Shown here one piece after another: positions 12,101 to 24,327 of a stretch of 64,000 bases of DNA. Numbering within the stretch: position 1 is the first letter of the stretch; every line of letters begins with the position of its first letter. The stretch lies in NCBI GenBank assembly GCA_964036045.1, contig OZ038379.1, positions 23,188,001 to 23,252,000 of the forward strand, in the 5' to 3' direction. The notes under the pieces were generated by a model that searched no databases, was not told where the DNA came from, and saw only the letters and a list, made by a program, of their open reading frames with translations. The translations under genes were made by a program, and so were the position numbers. This DNA is from Eutreptiella sp. 'Long Island Sound 2002'. Taxonomy: Eukaryota; Protista; Euglenida.

Positions 12101-15100
12101 GTATCCATTTATTCTGGTGACAGTAGGAGGGTTCATGGGCAAGACACTAAATAGGAACCATCCCCCAAAATAAGAACCCCCACTGCTACTGCCAGCTAAA
12201 GCCAAGAACAAATTCTTAAATTTTTTTGGGGGGTTACAGTATTACACCTTCATAATGAGCATTTACGGCACCTTTGACGCGGTTGACTGGGGAGGCAAGC
12301 TCGAGGCAATGGAGATTCCGGCGTGTTCTCCGCGGCCTGTCCTCGTTGCCGCCGCCCATGCAGCTGTACAAGCAGTTCGCATGGCGAACACGCGACGGGC
12401 AGCCCTGCGCCTGCGACGCGCCGCACACTAGTCCACGTGCCACCGGCGGTCCCACCACCAATGGTTGACGTCGCTCCCAACCCCCCTCTGTGCCGTAGGT
12501 CCATTCTAACGAGAAAGCTCTTGCTGACACGCTGATTGCGCCACTCGCAATCCGGACTCGGCCTCGTCTCAGCGGCGACTCATGCATGCGCTCAACGGGG
12601 CCCAGTGCCTTCGCCAATGGGCCCAGGAGATACCCCTGAAGGCCACGTAGGCGAGTTAATGGATGGGAAGGCCAAGCCGGGGGCGCTCCTTGATTGTCCC
12701 TCGAGGCGGCACAGGTGGGGCTGCCTTGGGCTTCTTTCTCTGCCTGAGACACTTGGTCTGTCTAGAGGTCCTCAGGATCTGCCAAGCACTGCTCTGTCCT
12801 GAGAACACCTGATGCGCAACGACAGTATTAAGAACAGCCATCATTTGCCTTGAATTGAACAGAGGCGCCGGACTGCATAATTACTGGTCGATGGCCCTGG
12901 CAACGGAACCTCCAGCTCGACCCCCCCCCCCCAACAAAAAACAAACACCCTCGGGAGGGCTCTATTGACTCCTGTCCCTGCGATTGGAACCCTAGCCTCC
13001 CAAGGGTGTGATGTGGGTGTCATTTGCTCTGGCCCTCACAGTACCCCGCATTGTGAGCACGGTACAGGGGTTTGCACGTCCACGACTCACGATGTATCTG
13101 AGAGGGGGGCTCGTCGACGCTCTGCCGTGAGGATTTGAGAGTATTTTGTACCTCATTTGGGCCTCCAGCAGAGCCCCCCAGCCCCACCCAGACAGTGATG
13201 CCGACCCTGGTGCACACGCCAGTAGCCAAGCCCCTCGGCCATTGGTGTGTTGCATCTTGCTGACCTGGCCTTGTGTTGGATTCAGTGCCAGGACATTGGC
13301 TTCCGGGCCACATGAGTTGGTGACAGTGGAATGTATCTGACAATGGAGATTTGCTGCCCGTCTTGAGGGACTTAGAACGGTGCCGAATTTTGTATCGATG
13401 AGGGTTATACTGTCACAATGCTACCCCCCCCACGTCCTTGGCCAAATCCAATTCACTTCATTTTTCGCACAGTTTATTTCGGTGCAAGCAGAATGTGCAA
13501 CCATCATCAGCAGACATCAGAGGGCTCTGGGCAAAGATAGAAGCTGCTAATTGCACCCTTACACATCCCCTCATGGCTGCACCATCACAACAACACCAAC
13601 CTAACCCCTCGTGATGGGTGCCACAAAGTCCATGTTGCAGCCCAAAACGCACTTTGGCATTTAAAACAGAGCAGCACCCTACCCTACCCTACCCTACCTT
13701 AGGGGGTGCAAAACACCCCCCCCCTCCCCCTACCTACCTACCTGGACCCAGTTTCCATTGCAGCATCCCCTACTCCGAGGTATTGTATCCAATGAAATTA
13801 GGTCCCAGCTTTGGCCAGCTCCCACCCGCCGCCTCGGGAGCTGCGGGGAGCAGGGTAATTGGGGCGTCGAGCGACAAGGAGTGGGGGGAGGGAGGTGAGG
13901 CGATTCGCCGCTATGGCCCGGAACACCAAGCGGTGTAGGGCCATCAAGGGGGTGAAATCCGGGGGAGTAGTGCTCATGCTCATGATGTGAACGGGGGGCA
14001 CTGTGGATGGGACATGGCTATACACGGAGCTACCGGTGACAGGGCCTGCATCCGGCCACTGGAACCGGCAAACCGGTGAAGGGGGCCTGCGAACTTGAGG
14101 AAAGCATATGGTGGGAGCCCCTTGGAACCCTGGACAGCCCCTGTTTGGCCTTTCTGGACATGTACCGGGTGGTGGTAAACAGGGGGCCACAACGGCGGGG
14201 TGCCTACACCTGCACCGTGGCCCGGAGAGGGGGGATGGCCTTCGCTCTGGTGGGGCTGGGGCACTTTGCTCCCTCCTGCCCCTGGTGCCACCTGTTTCGA
14301 TTGGTGGCATGCTTGCGGCTGCTCTGCCGGCCTCAATCGTTCTTCAGCCGGTGGTGCAAGCGGGCTGTAACCGAGTGGGGAGTCGTGATCTTGTATGGGG
14401 ACAGCCGGTTCGTGATGCGCATCATATCCCCGGAGTGGGACGCCCCCCACTCCCAAGGGGAGGTGCGGACGGTGTGTGTGGGGACTGCACGCGTGCGATT
14501 GCAAGTTCACCCACAACAGAGGCCGGAGATGGATGCGGCACAACGCATGGCGCCCTGGGTCATGAACTTCTGAGACGGTCTGCACCACAAGCGCGCCATG
14601 CCTACAGCCCCTGCCCTCCGGGTGGTGTGTTACCAAACCCGTGCCGGCCAAGTGTTTGATGTGGCGTAGCAGTTGCCGGACAACACCTCCCCAGGTGCTC
14701 CGGACATGGCAAGTGCGCCCAGTGGCGGCAGGGCTGCAATGGCGTGTGCGAGAAGGGGGCCGTCATGGCACTGGTGCCCTCGGGGTATACTGGGATTTGG
14801 ACAAGGGCTTGCCATGCCGGTTCCCTCCGGTGGTCCAAGAGGCGCCCTTGGCTTGGTGGACGCCCCGGCAGGGCTATTCTTGCAACACCTGGACTGGGTT
14901 ATCTGCTATGCTCCACAGTACCCATACGTGGGATTGTATGAGCCCCATGGTGGGCGTAGCCACCGGTGAGTAACCCACCTTCAGGGCTCAGTTGTGCTCA
15001 CGTTGCACATGGCTGGATATCAGGTGCACGTGGCCTATCGGCTCCTCGGATCGGCGCTGGTGCTGACCCGGTTGGTTCAGTCTATGAGACACCGAAGACA

Positions 15101-15283
15101 TCATGTGTGCCCCAGTGGTGGTGGTGGGTACAGGTGTGCCGACTGGAGGGGAGGCCCTCAAGTGCCGCAGGCATGAATGCCCTTCGGGTAGTACCCTGCG
15201 TGCCTGGGGTCAGTTTCCAGCCCCAAAAGGTCAGCAACACCCCTGGGCAGGGGTGTCTTTAAGAAGCCCCCAATCTTTTTTAG

Positions 15284-15456
15284 TTAAGGACAGCCCTTAA
15301 GGACAGCCCCCAGGCACCACCAGCCGCCAACCACCAACTGCCAACCGCCACCAACCACCAGCCGCCAACCACCAACCGCCACCAACCGCCACCAGCCAGT
15401 AACCGCCAACGGCCAACTGCCACCAACCACCAACTGCCAACCACCAACCGCCAACC
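15284..15456. repeat. TTAAGGACAGCCC x2 followed by a degenerate (CCAA/CCGCCA/CCACCA)n array
   Basis: 13-bp tandem at 15284-15309, then about 140 bp of ccaccaaccgcc-type units; explains the Trp/Gly/Leu shadow ORFs on the minus strand. Confidence 0.9.
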
Positions 15457-15836
15457 TGCGAAGTAGAGAAGGTCCCATGACCATGAAGCAGAGAGCGTCT
15501 CTGTGAACGTCCTGACCAGGTGTGGTGCCAGGGCCAGGGTAACACCCCCTTTCCGGGCCAGGGGTGTCGGACCAGGTCCAAGCAGAGGAGACGATGGAGG
15601 GAGAGGCAGCACCATCATGTGTAGCTGGGGAAGGCCCTCAGGGTCACCAAACCACAGTGTGGGCCGTGAGGCACCATGGGGATGTCCGACGGTGCTGAAG
15701 ATTGACCGCATCTCCTCCTGCACCGACTCCTCCCCCTCCTCTGTGTGCGTGCACTTGCGTGTGTCTGTGCATGTGTGTGTCTCTGTGTATATGTCCATGT
15801 GTGTCTGTGTGTGGGCCTTCCCGCGTGCGTGGGTGA

Positions 15837-15872
<36 letters not shown>

Positions 15873-16574
15873 CACCCCGGTGACGATGTGACCTGATTGA
15901 ATGTCTTCCTCATCCCTGAATGTAGGTAAAACTGAATGTACCAGATACGTTCAATGGTGTGGTGCTGTCCTCTTGTCCTGGGCCTGGGTGGGGGACAGGC
16001 AGAGATGATGGCTCGGCCCAGAGCCTGTGATGGAAGGCATGCTTTTGCCTGGTGATACCCCTGTCGTAGTGCTAGATGAAGGGGGCTGACTTGGGGCTGG
16101 GCTGGGCTGGGCTGGGCTGTGCCAGGCTATTTGCATTTGGCTGTGTCCTACAGGCCTCTGCACCAGCGGCGCTGGCAGTGGTGCTGAACATGGGCTGGTC
16201 CTGACCCTCATCTCCGTACGTCTTGTACTACAGAAAGGCACCGAGCGCAGCCAGACAATGGCCATGTGCTGACTGTGCCTGACGAGAATCTGTGCAAACA
16301 GGCCTTCTTGACTGCTGCCCTCGTCTTGGCTGGTGCCCGTTTGTTGTGTATAATGTGTGTGTGTGTGTGTGTGGTACTTACACAATCCCCCCCGTTTCTT
16401 TTCAAACACTAAACACTGAAACGCGCCGCAAGTGTGGGAAGCTACGCCTCGTGTTGGGTGAGGCTGGTGCTGGTGCGCAACCCACAACCCAGGTACCGAC
16501 AGGGTTGCAGGCTTATGCGTATGCCCGTGTGTATGCGTGCTTCATGTGCTACAGAGAGGCTTTTTGTGGCTGAC

Positions 16575-16873
16575 ATGCTTCGGCTCTCTGGACAAAGGGT
16601 CCGTTTGTCAGCTCCTGTGTTTCTGGGCTGTCCTGGACGCAGCAGATGGCTCTCTACACCCCCTGCACAGCAGCTGATGCAGGCCATGACCAGCGTGTTC
16701 CCTGGCCTCACGAAGCTCAGGCACACAATGGACGACCATGTGATTGGCCACGACGACATCAAGGAGGCCATGATGCTTAGCCTGTTGGCGCGCGAGCACT
16801 GCTACCTTGAAGGCCAACCGGGCGTAGCCAAGACCATGCTCAGCGAGATTGTCAGCATCTCCACGGATTTGAG
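16575..16873 (+). CDS. AAA-vWA gene exon 1: predicted mitochondrial presequence plus RavA/MoxR AAA+ N-terminus with Walker A
   Basis: MLRLSGQRVRLSAPVFLGCPGRSRWLST (Arg-rich, no acidic residues, R-x-L-S cleavage-like), then HVIGHDDIKEAMMLSLLAREHCYLEGQPGVAKT (Walker A GxxGxxKT); donor AG|GTTGAG, phase 2. Confidence 0.85.
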
Positions 16874-17699
16874 GTTGAGACCGAGCCTCTCCTTGCCCCT
16901 CCCCCTGCCTTGCCCCCCCCCCCCCCCCCCCCCCGCCCTCCTGTCACAAGAACATTCGTGCAGGTGCACCCCCTGCGCCCGCCGTTGGCACAACTGACCA
17001 ATGGAGGGATGCGGAGTGCAGGGAGGTAAGGATAGAAAGCACCAGCAGAGCAAGGGCATGAGGTGGTGAGAGGCCAGTGGGTACCACCATGATCAAGGGA
17101 AAGGGCTCATCGGAAGGACAAGGGTTGGCGGCGAGAGGCCAATAGACGCCTCCAGCTCCAGACAGCAATCCACTCATGCATAATGCCATTCCCCAACCCC
17201 CGGTGCCACTCATTCATAGCAACTGGGTGGGCTGGGCTGGAGAGTGGCATTGAAACCCGGGGCCAAGAGCGTTTCTGGTGCGGAAGAGAGAAGCGCTGCG
17301 TTTCGCAGAGTGACATGACCTCTGATCTCTATGGCCTCTGATCAAGCAACATTCGATAGCCGTCAGGCACACTGCAGCGGATTGTGTGCTCTGTATCTGC
17401 GAGCTAAGCCCCGGAGGAGGGTCTATAGGCCACAAGAGACCACCACCAGCCTGGCCACGCCCCTCACCCACACACCTCGACGGAAAAGCCAGGGGGCATT
17501 TTCATTTGTGGGGCTGGGCAGGAGGTCTCCTCTGAAGTATCTTGCATACCACTAATTTACATACGCCCACACACCTGCCCATGCACACGCGCGGGCACAC
17601 GCGCACATGTCAAGCATAAGTTGCTTATTTTTTTTTGGCATATGTCGCACGTGGAAAAAAAAGATTTGAAAATGCTGTGGCACGCGACGTGCGCTTTTT

Positions 17700-17885
17700 T
17701 TGTTATGCGACCTACACCTCCCCCACCAAAGTGCACTGGACCTACACCCAAAAAGAAAATAGGAGACTTACACTTTTTAAGAATGATTACGTGATTTATT
17801 CTTTTTTTCTGGCGCAACCTACATCCAAAAAAAAAAGTGCACGCGACCTACCCCCCCCCAAAAAAACTCCACGCGACCTACGCCA
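17700..17885. repeat. Cluster of five (C)GCGACCTAC-like motifs separated by A/C runs
   Basis: Copies at about 17707, 17738, 17814, 17842 and 17872, inside intron 1 of the AAA gene. Confidence 0.75.
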
Positions 17886-20611
17886 AAAAACAAAAAGGAA
17901 CACCGCCAGCATTTTCTTGGTTTAGGACTCCCGTGCTTGGGTGTGGCCCGTGGAGTTGGGGTGATGGACTCCTATGCTTTGGTGTGGCCATCAAGGAAGC
18001 CTGGAGGACATTGATGTTCTCTAGACGCCTTTGCTGAAAGGATTCATCCGTCAAGCATTGCACATCATCAATGCGGCTCGCTTTGTCTGAGTCCCCGGCA
18101 ACATCCCGGAGAATGGATGGGAGGAGGAAGTGACTTGCTAGAAAGCTGCGGAATCTCCTCCTACCCTAGCCTCCATCTCCGAGTGCCCCCCCCCCCCCAT
18201 CTAAAAGGGTTTTTCCTCCATTCCCGACCCCCCCCCAAAAAAAAGTGCATGCGGCTTACGCCTCAAAATTGTTTTGGTACAAACGTGACATATGCACGAA
18301 ACAATGCACGCAACATACGCCAAAAAAAAATGGGATTTATGGTTTTTTCTGCAATTGACCCATGCTTTCCTCCACACATGCCGGTCGTTTACACAAGCGG
18401 CCTAGGACAACATGCGGATATGGGAGCCGTGGAGTGGGAGGCACTTGCCCCACCCCTTCCAAGGGTTCCAAGGGATGCATCCTCAAAGTCAGGTGGGCAC
18501 AAGCCTATGAAGGCTCGTGTGTAAGGGATTGGTTGCGGAGTTCAGGAGCAGGGTACAAGGCACTCCCACACTACCCCATAGGAACGTGGTTTGGCTGAGA
18601 AACTTCTTAGGTACCTGTGCAGGAAGAGTGTTAGAGGAACCCCCGGTTGAAGATTAGGGCTCCTCATCCAAGCCCCCGAATTATCCACCAAGCAGCTCTG
18701 AACTCGACAAAGAGTGCGCTCTACTCGGCGAAGAAGTCTCGTGGCCCTCGCAATTTTATGAGGGGGGTATGGAGTCCATGGGATGGGAAGGAGGCGATTA
18801 AGGTCCGATCCAAGCCAAGCTCTTGGGCACTAGGTGGCTCCATGTACGCTTGCCGACAAGGTCTCCCACCTCTTCACCCTACAACCAACCACTTGTGAAC
18901 CAGTGGCTTGGACCTTAGTAGGTTGGTGCCCTCTCTAGTGTGAGACCATCCACAGCCAGCAGAAGGTCATCTTGTGGTAGGAATTTTGGGCCAATCCTAG
19001 ATCCCAGGGGAATTTCCGGCGTGCAGAGGAAGCAGGCCCTACTACTCATGGGTAAGCCTTGACCGCATCAAGTGCTTTAACCTCACCCGTAGGCGCTAGC
19101 TAGCGGCCGAGTCGGGCATTGATCGTGGCCCTGTCGCGCTATGGTACCGCAAGTTGAATAGGGCGTTCGAGTTGAAGGGCAACGTGAGAGCCCGGTTGCA
19201 GGCCATCAATGGCATACTTCAAGATCACTTGCTCATTCTGGTGCTGATCAACATACTCACCACTACCATTACGGTTCACGTCTTTGCAGCCAAACCACCC
19301 CTTGTAGCCACAACTGCAACTGTGGGGCAATGCTGCCAACATGCAAGTGATTGGCTCCACCCTGGTGGGGGTCCACCTCTTTGCGGACATCATGGTCTCC
19401 ACGGAAAGGATATCCCGGTGTCCCGGGACCTTGGGCAGCTAGAAGTGGGGATGTGCCTAGACCACAACCGCTCTGCTTGGCCATTGATGATCAAGTGCAT
19501 GGCACTTAGCATAAATACCATCAAGAGGGTTGCCTGAATGTGTGCCTTCACCACCGGGTTGTTGGTGATGGTAGCGGGGTTGTGGCGAGTCACGCTGCTT
19601 CTATTTCCATGTAATGGACCTATCTCCCCATTTGGCCACCATTGACTTCTGTTTGGGCGAAATACCCCTATGTCTCACTCAACGTGTGGTAATTTTCGAC
19701 GTTTCAATTCCCTTGGCCGACTAGCATCCGCGATGCTGACGGATTCCTCCACGGCCATGCTGGCCGCCACCCCATCCATGGGCTGGTTGATATTGGGCAC
19801 ATCCGGCGGGAGGCCACACATCTGCGCAATGCCGGCCGTGGGTTTCGTTGCGCCCCGCGGGAGGCCTGCCAGGCGCTCAAACTCGGCCGTCACGTTCGGC
19901 AGCCATGCCCACAGTCTAGTCTGCATTTCCCGAACTGCATCCAAGATACACCAATCCAAGATGCACAAGGTATATGGACCGCTTGAATTTGGGACGGCCA
20001 TAAACTAGACTAAACTATGTCCAAACCTTGCTAAATGAAGCGACAAACACCCGGCATGCTAGCATCAATTATCCAAGAATGAGGTCATGCAACCTCATAG
20101 GGAATGGTGCCGGTGGTACCTCCGCTTTGATTTGTGGGAGAGAGCAAGCAATGACGAAGCATGGTGAACCAAGTGAGACGATTTGCCCTCGAGTGCCATA
20201 CAGATAGGAAATTACATGTGCTGCACATGCGTTGGGGCTGGATGCATATGTTGTGGTCTGCTCATGTCTGCCATCTTTATCACCCGTAGAGACAATATCG
20301 ACATGTCAATGGAGGTGAGGAAGCCAACTAGGAATCAAAAGTTAGTAGGTGCTAAAATGCGAATGAAGTGTCATGCGAGTGTAACCAAAAGTACAAAAAA
20401 GTTATATGAACATTATATGATTTCTCCCCCCGAGTGTCACGCGAGTCACTCGTGTGAGCCACAAAAAAAAAACAGTGCACCCCTTCAAAAAAATTCAAAT
20501 TGCTTATTTTCACTTCCAATCCTGCCCCCCCTTTTGGGCATTACCGGGTTACTTTGCCATTGTGGCCCAAGCGGAGGCCTTAAGGAACCCAAGTTATTTT
20601 GTTATACCCAC

Positions 20612-21005
20612 TTGTGGGCCACTGCTATTTTTCTCCCCCGCTTTGAAACGTTGGGGACTACCCAAACAACACAGGTTATGTAGCTGATCTGCGCATCTAT
20701 GGGCTACTGCTGATTTTCTCCCCTGCTCTGAAGTGTCCCCCCCCCCCCCCCGATGGCAGAGGTTACGGCGCCAATCTGCCCACTTGTGGGCCACTTCTGA
20801 TTTCGTCCCTCGCTTTGAAGCGTTGGGGACCCCCAAACGGCAGCGGTTGTGGAGCCAATCTGCCTATTTGTGGGCCACTGCTGATTTTCTCCCCCGCTCC
20901 GAAGCGTTGGTGACCCCCAAGACGGCAGGAGTTACACAACCAATTTGCCCTTTTGTGGGCCACTTCTGATTTTCTCCCCCACTTTGAAGCGTTGGGGACC
21001 CCTAA
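20612..21005. repeat. About 85-bp tandem array x5
   Basis: ttgtgggccact(g/t)ctgattttctcccc-gct(t)tgaagcgttggggac-like unit starts at 20612, 20697, 20784, 20868 and 20953. Confidence 0.9.
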
Positions 21006-21429
21006 TCCGCCCACCCTGCACTTGTGCCCAAAGCAATTGCAAGCGGTACTTGTGGTGCACACATTGCGGTGGATGCGCTTTTTCCTTGGCTACCACCGAT
21101 TGTCCCGCCAAAGGTGGGGTCACTCGCAACACAGATCTTTGGGTTCGCCATCCTGTTGATAGAGAGCCTACCCCCCCCCCCCCCACACCCCTTGTTGCAC
21201 ATGACAATGTCACCAACACGGCATTGGTGGAACTGACTCTTGCCCGCCCCAAAAAGCAGCGCAACGTTCACACAAGGGCGCACACTTCTTGTGCCCACCA
21301 CCACTCGCACCACGCGTTATGGGCATCTCAGGAAGCCCCCTTTTCCAAAGGATGGTTCCGAGGGGGTCCCAACCCCACAAGAGAGGTGCACAAAGAATGA
21401 CCCCACGCCGCAACGCCGTCTTGAAGGCG

Positions 21430-21936
21430 CAGGTCTCCAAGCTTGGATGGATGATGGATGACCGCCGTATTTGTGCCTACCAAGAGGTTGTTTGGTGCAC
21501 CGGGGAGGTCCTTGAGCAAAGGGCCTGGTCAAAGGCCTTGGGCTGGTGTGCCGACCTCAAGGAGCAAGTGGACAGTTGTGATCCCACCATGTCACCAAAG
21601 CCTCATTGGTGGCAGCATTCATTTTTTGTGACAAAGAACGATTGTTCGTCCAGGGTGCATTGGTTTGTTTTGGGGGAAGTTGTTGAGCCCCCCATGCATT
21701 TATATTTGTGGGATACCAAGGGAAGTGAGTTGTACATGCGGCCTCTTGTTCAACAACTTCGTGACAAGGGTATCCCACTAACTGCCAACCCTTTGGGTTT
21801 CCAACGATTTGATGGTTGGACTTGCGGTTATCAATCCCTATGTCTGCTGCAGCAGTTGTTGCAGATGGACTTCGATACCGATTTGGGCAGGTTCATTGTT
21901 GAACGCATGCCACCAGCCTTTGTGACGCATGTTTAA
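21430..21936 (+). CDS. Ulp1-like (C48/SUMO-type) cysteine protease domain, probably transposon-borne
   Basis: Catalytic pattern in the correct order: VHWFVL (His, 21658), YLWDT (Asp, 21712), GFQRFDGWTCGY (oxyanion Gln 21802, Cys 21823), matching the H..D..Q-x-D-x-x-x-C-G signature of clan CE proteases. Confidence 0.7.
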   Translation, partial: QVSKLGWMMDDRRICAYQEVVWCTGEVLEQRAWSKALGWCADLKEQVDSCDPTMSPKPHWWQHSFFVTKNDCSSRVHWFVLGEVVEPPMHLYLWDTKGSELYMRPLVQQLRDKGIPLTANPLGFQRFDGWTCGYQSLCLLQQLLQMDFDTDLGRFIVERMPPAFVTHV

Positions 21937-22704
21937 GACATTGTGAACAACGCTCCCTAGGTGCCATTCCCGTTTTTTTTTGGGTTTCCGTTGCCCTACC
22001 CCCCTCTCTCTACTATCACAACAACTACCCTATCGTACAATGCGTTTTTAGGTGCAATATATCCAATTCAACGGTTCCCGCTCAACCCCTTCCTCTCTTG
22101 TTCCGAGTGCTCCTTGCCTTCTGCTATCCACTAATCTTTAGTGTGTTTGCCCCTTCCTTCACCATCCAACCATATAGACCCTAACCCACCAACTAATCTG
22201 TTGTACACTTGCTACTTGTGGTGTATTCAATGCCCATTTGGTTGCCCCTCCTATCCCTGTTATCATCCATGTGCCATGGTTCCATTGCCTTGCCCATGCT
22301 TGGAGTAACCAAATTATCCGTGGGAGTGAGTTTGCCTCAGTTCACCTCTCCAAGTAGCAATTGCGGTCAAATTGGATCTTTTCCCCTTAGCACTCGCGTT
22401 GACACCCAAAAAGTTCGGGGGGGGGGCTTTCGCACTGACACTCAAAAAAAAGTTTGTATTTTCTTTTTTGAGTGTCACACGAGTGCACTCGTGTGGCACC
22501 TGTCAACACTCGCGTGACACTTCCCCCCAGAACTGCAAGGTCCAACTGGTTTGCATCGAAGTATGCGTCTCTGTCTTAGAGGGAGGAGAAAGTGAGGGAA
22601 ACAGAGGCGGGGGAGGCAAGGCGATTCTGTGCATCGAACGTGCTCTGTAACGATGATCACCCTCTGTGAAATAGACTGCCATACCCACATGCCCCATCGT
22701 GCAG

Positions 22705-23245
22705 GTACTGGTTCTACCAGATGCACCGGGACACACGCATCAGCGAACTTGTCGGCGAGTCCGTGATCATGCGCTCCAAGGAGGCGCATGGCGAGATCCT
22801 GAAACACGACTACGTCAGGGGCGGCATTTTGACCTGTGAACTCGCAGTGCTCGACGACATCTCCCGGGCCCCGGGCGAGGCCCTCAATGTGCTCCTCCGC
22901 GTGCTCAACGAGCGCAAGTTTGGGTCCATGACGTCTGGGAAGATCCCGCTCATGTCGGCCATTGCTACCGGCAACCCCGTGGGTGAGGCGGGCTACTTCG
23001 GGGATCCACTGGACCCCGCGACCCTGGACCGCTTCACACTGCAGGTCCGCGCGTCAGGCCTTGTGCAGCGGAGCGATTGGAGTGACGCCGCCAAAGTGAT
23101 CGATCTCTACGCTGCGCCGCGCGCGGCCAACGTGGATCGGGACATCGCACAGGTCCACCGGTCGCTGCTGCACGACGCCTCAGCGCTCGTGCCAATGGTC
23201 AGTTTTGGGCCGGAGCCCAAGCGGGTGCTGCTGCGGCTGCTGCAG
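22705..23245 (+). CDS. AAA-vWA gene exon 2: AAA+ core (Walker B, sensor I, Arg finger)
   Basis: gcag|G TAC TGG (phase 2, matches exon 1); FYQMHRDTRISELVG; ELAVLDDISRAPGEALNVLLRVLNERKF (MoxR/RavA-like); SAIATGN; LDPATLDRF; donor CAG|GTGCTG, phase 0. Confidence 0.93.
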
Positions 23246-24058
23246 GTGCTGTTGTGCCCGCCCGGCGCCTTCTTGAGCTCCCTTTCGTTTTTCGGTGCAG
23301 GACTGATGTGCAGTACGCAAAAGGGGCCTCCAACGGACCCTGCCCCGAGGGAGCCACGCCACACAGCGCCAAAGACACTGCAAAATGGGCGAAAAGGAGG
23401 AGGGACACCGCCCCACACACTCCACACCCTTTGCTCTACCCCACCTCCTCGCCCCCTTTGATGGTGATTCTAAGTCCATGAGCGCATCCCCCCCCCCCCA
23501 CACACGCACACAGGGGCGCACGGGCAGTCGCCCTCGGAGTTGTCGCACACTAAAGTCTGTGGTCTGTGAGGCAGGGGGATGGAGCACACACGCATTGGGT
23601 GTGCACCATGTGGCAGGGTTACGGGTGCAGGGAAGTGAAGGGTGGCTTCGGCAGGGCCCTGTGGTGGTGTGGGTCGGATGTCATGGGGGGCGATGACTAC
23701 CGTGAGAGCCAAAAGGGGCCATGATCAAAAAGGAGGGCCTCTGGCTGGTCCAGAAGGATCCCAATGGCGGGGCGTGTCTAGTACACGGTGATGCAGTGGC
23801 TGCAGCCACGGCGACATTCCGAGGACCCCGCCGCCACTGTTCGTGAGGGGCACAACCTCCAGAACAACGGACCGTTCCCAATCGCGTGGCCATGCGCTCG
23901 CTTTGCCCGCAGCCTCGGGGGTCGCGCGGACGGCCCCTTGGCCGCCCTTGGCGCTGGGCGATGCGGGCGGGGCCGACCCGTTCTGGGAGGGGTTTAGGGG
24001 TGGAGGTGCCCGCGCGCCTTCGCCTGCTCGCACAGTCCTGGCGATCACGTGTGACCAG

Positions 24059-24327
24059 GTGCTGAAGGGTGACTACAACTTGACCGACGACACCGCGCTC
24101 TTGACGGACCGCACGTTCCTCGTCAAGGCCGTCACGGTAATGAAGGCGCGCGCAATCCTGTGCGGCCGCCCGGTCTGCGAGCCCGAGGACCTCGCGGTGC
24201 TGCGGTACCTCACGACCTTCCGCGTGCCAGAGCACGTGCATGAGCAGATCGACAGGATCATTGCGGACGTGCTTGCGGAAGAGCCTGCGCCGCCGGTGCC
24301 CGAGGGCGCGTCTTGCCATGAAGACGG
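24059..24327 (+). CDS. AAA-vWA gene exon 3: AAA lid/helical domain (3' end may be 24309)
   Basis: ccag|GTG CTG AAG phase 0; LTDRTFLVKAVTVMKARAILCGRPVCEPEDLAVLRYL resembles the MoxR/RavA lid (sensor II region); two phase-2 donors are possible (GTCTTG at 24310, GTCTGC at 24328). Confidence 0.85.

Larger units (their letters stand above)
20366..22522. mobile_element. About 2.1-kb putative TIR DNA transposon carrying a Ulp1/C48-like protease, inside intron 1 of the AAA-vWA gene
   Basis: AGTGTCAYGCGAGT at 20367 and 20433, and inverted at 22508-22521; palindromic GAGTGTCACRCGAGT(G)CACTCGTGTG near both ends; internal 85-bp array and protease ORF. Exact ends are ambiguous. Confidence 0.55.

Noticed and set aside
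13677-13697. (CCCTA)n telomere-like repeat
   Set aside because: Only about four pentamer units, not TTAGGG, and internal.
20612-21005. CRISPR-like array
   Set aside because: The inter-repeat segments are mutually homologous, the unit is about 85 bp, the context is eukaryotic and there are no cas genes.
24030-24058. Alternative acceptor at cacag (24034-24035) extending exon 3
   Set aside because: It is phase 1 and incompatible with the phase-0 donor of exon 2; the CAG at 24056-24058 fits.
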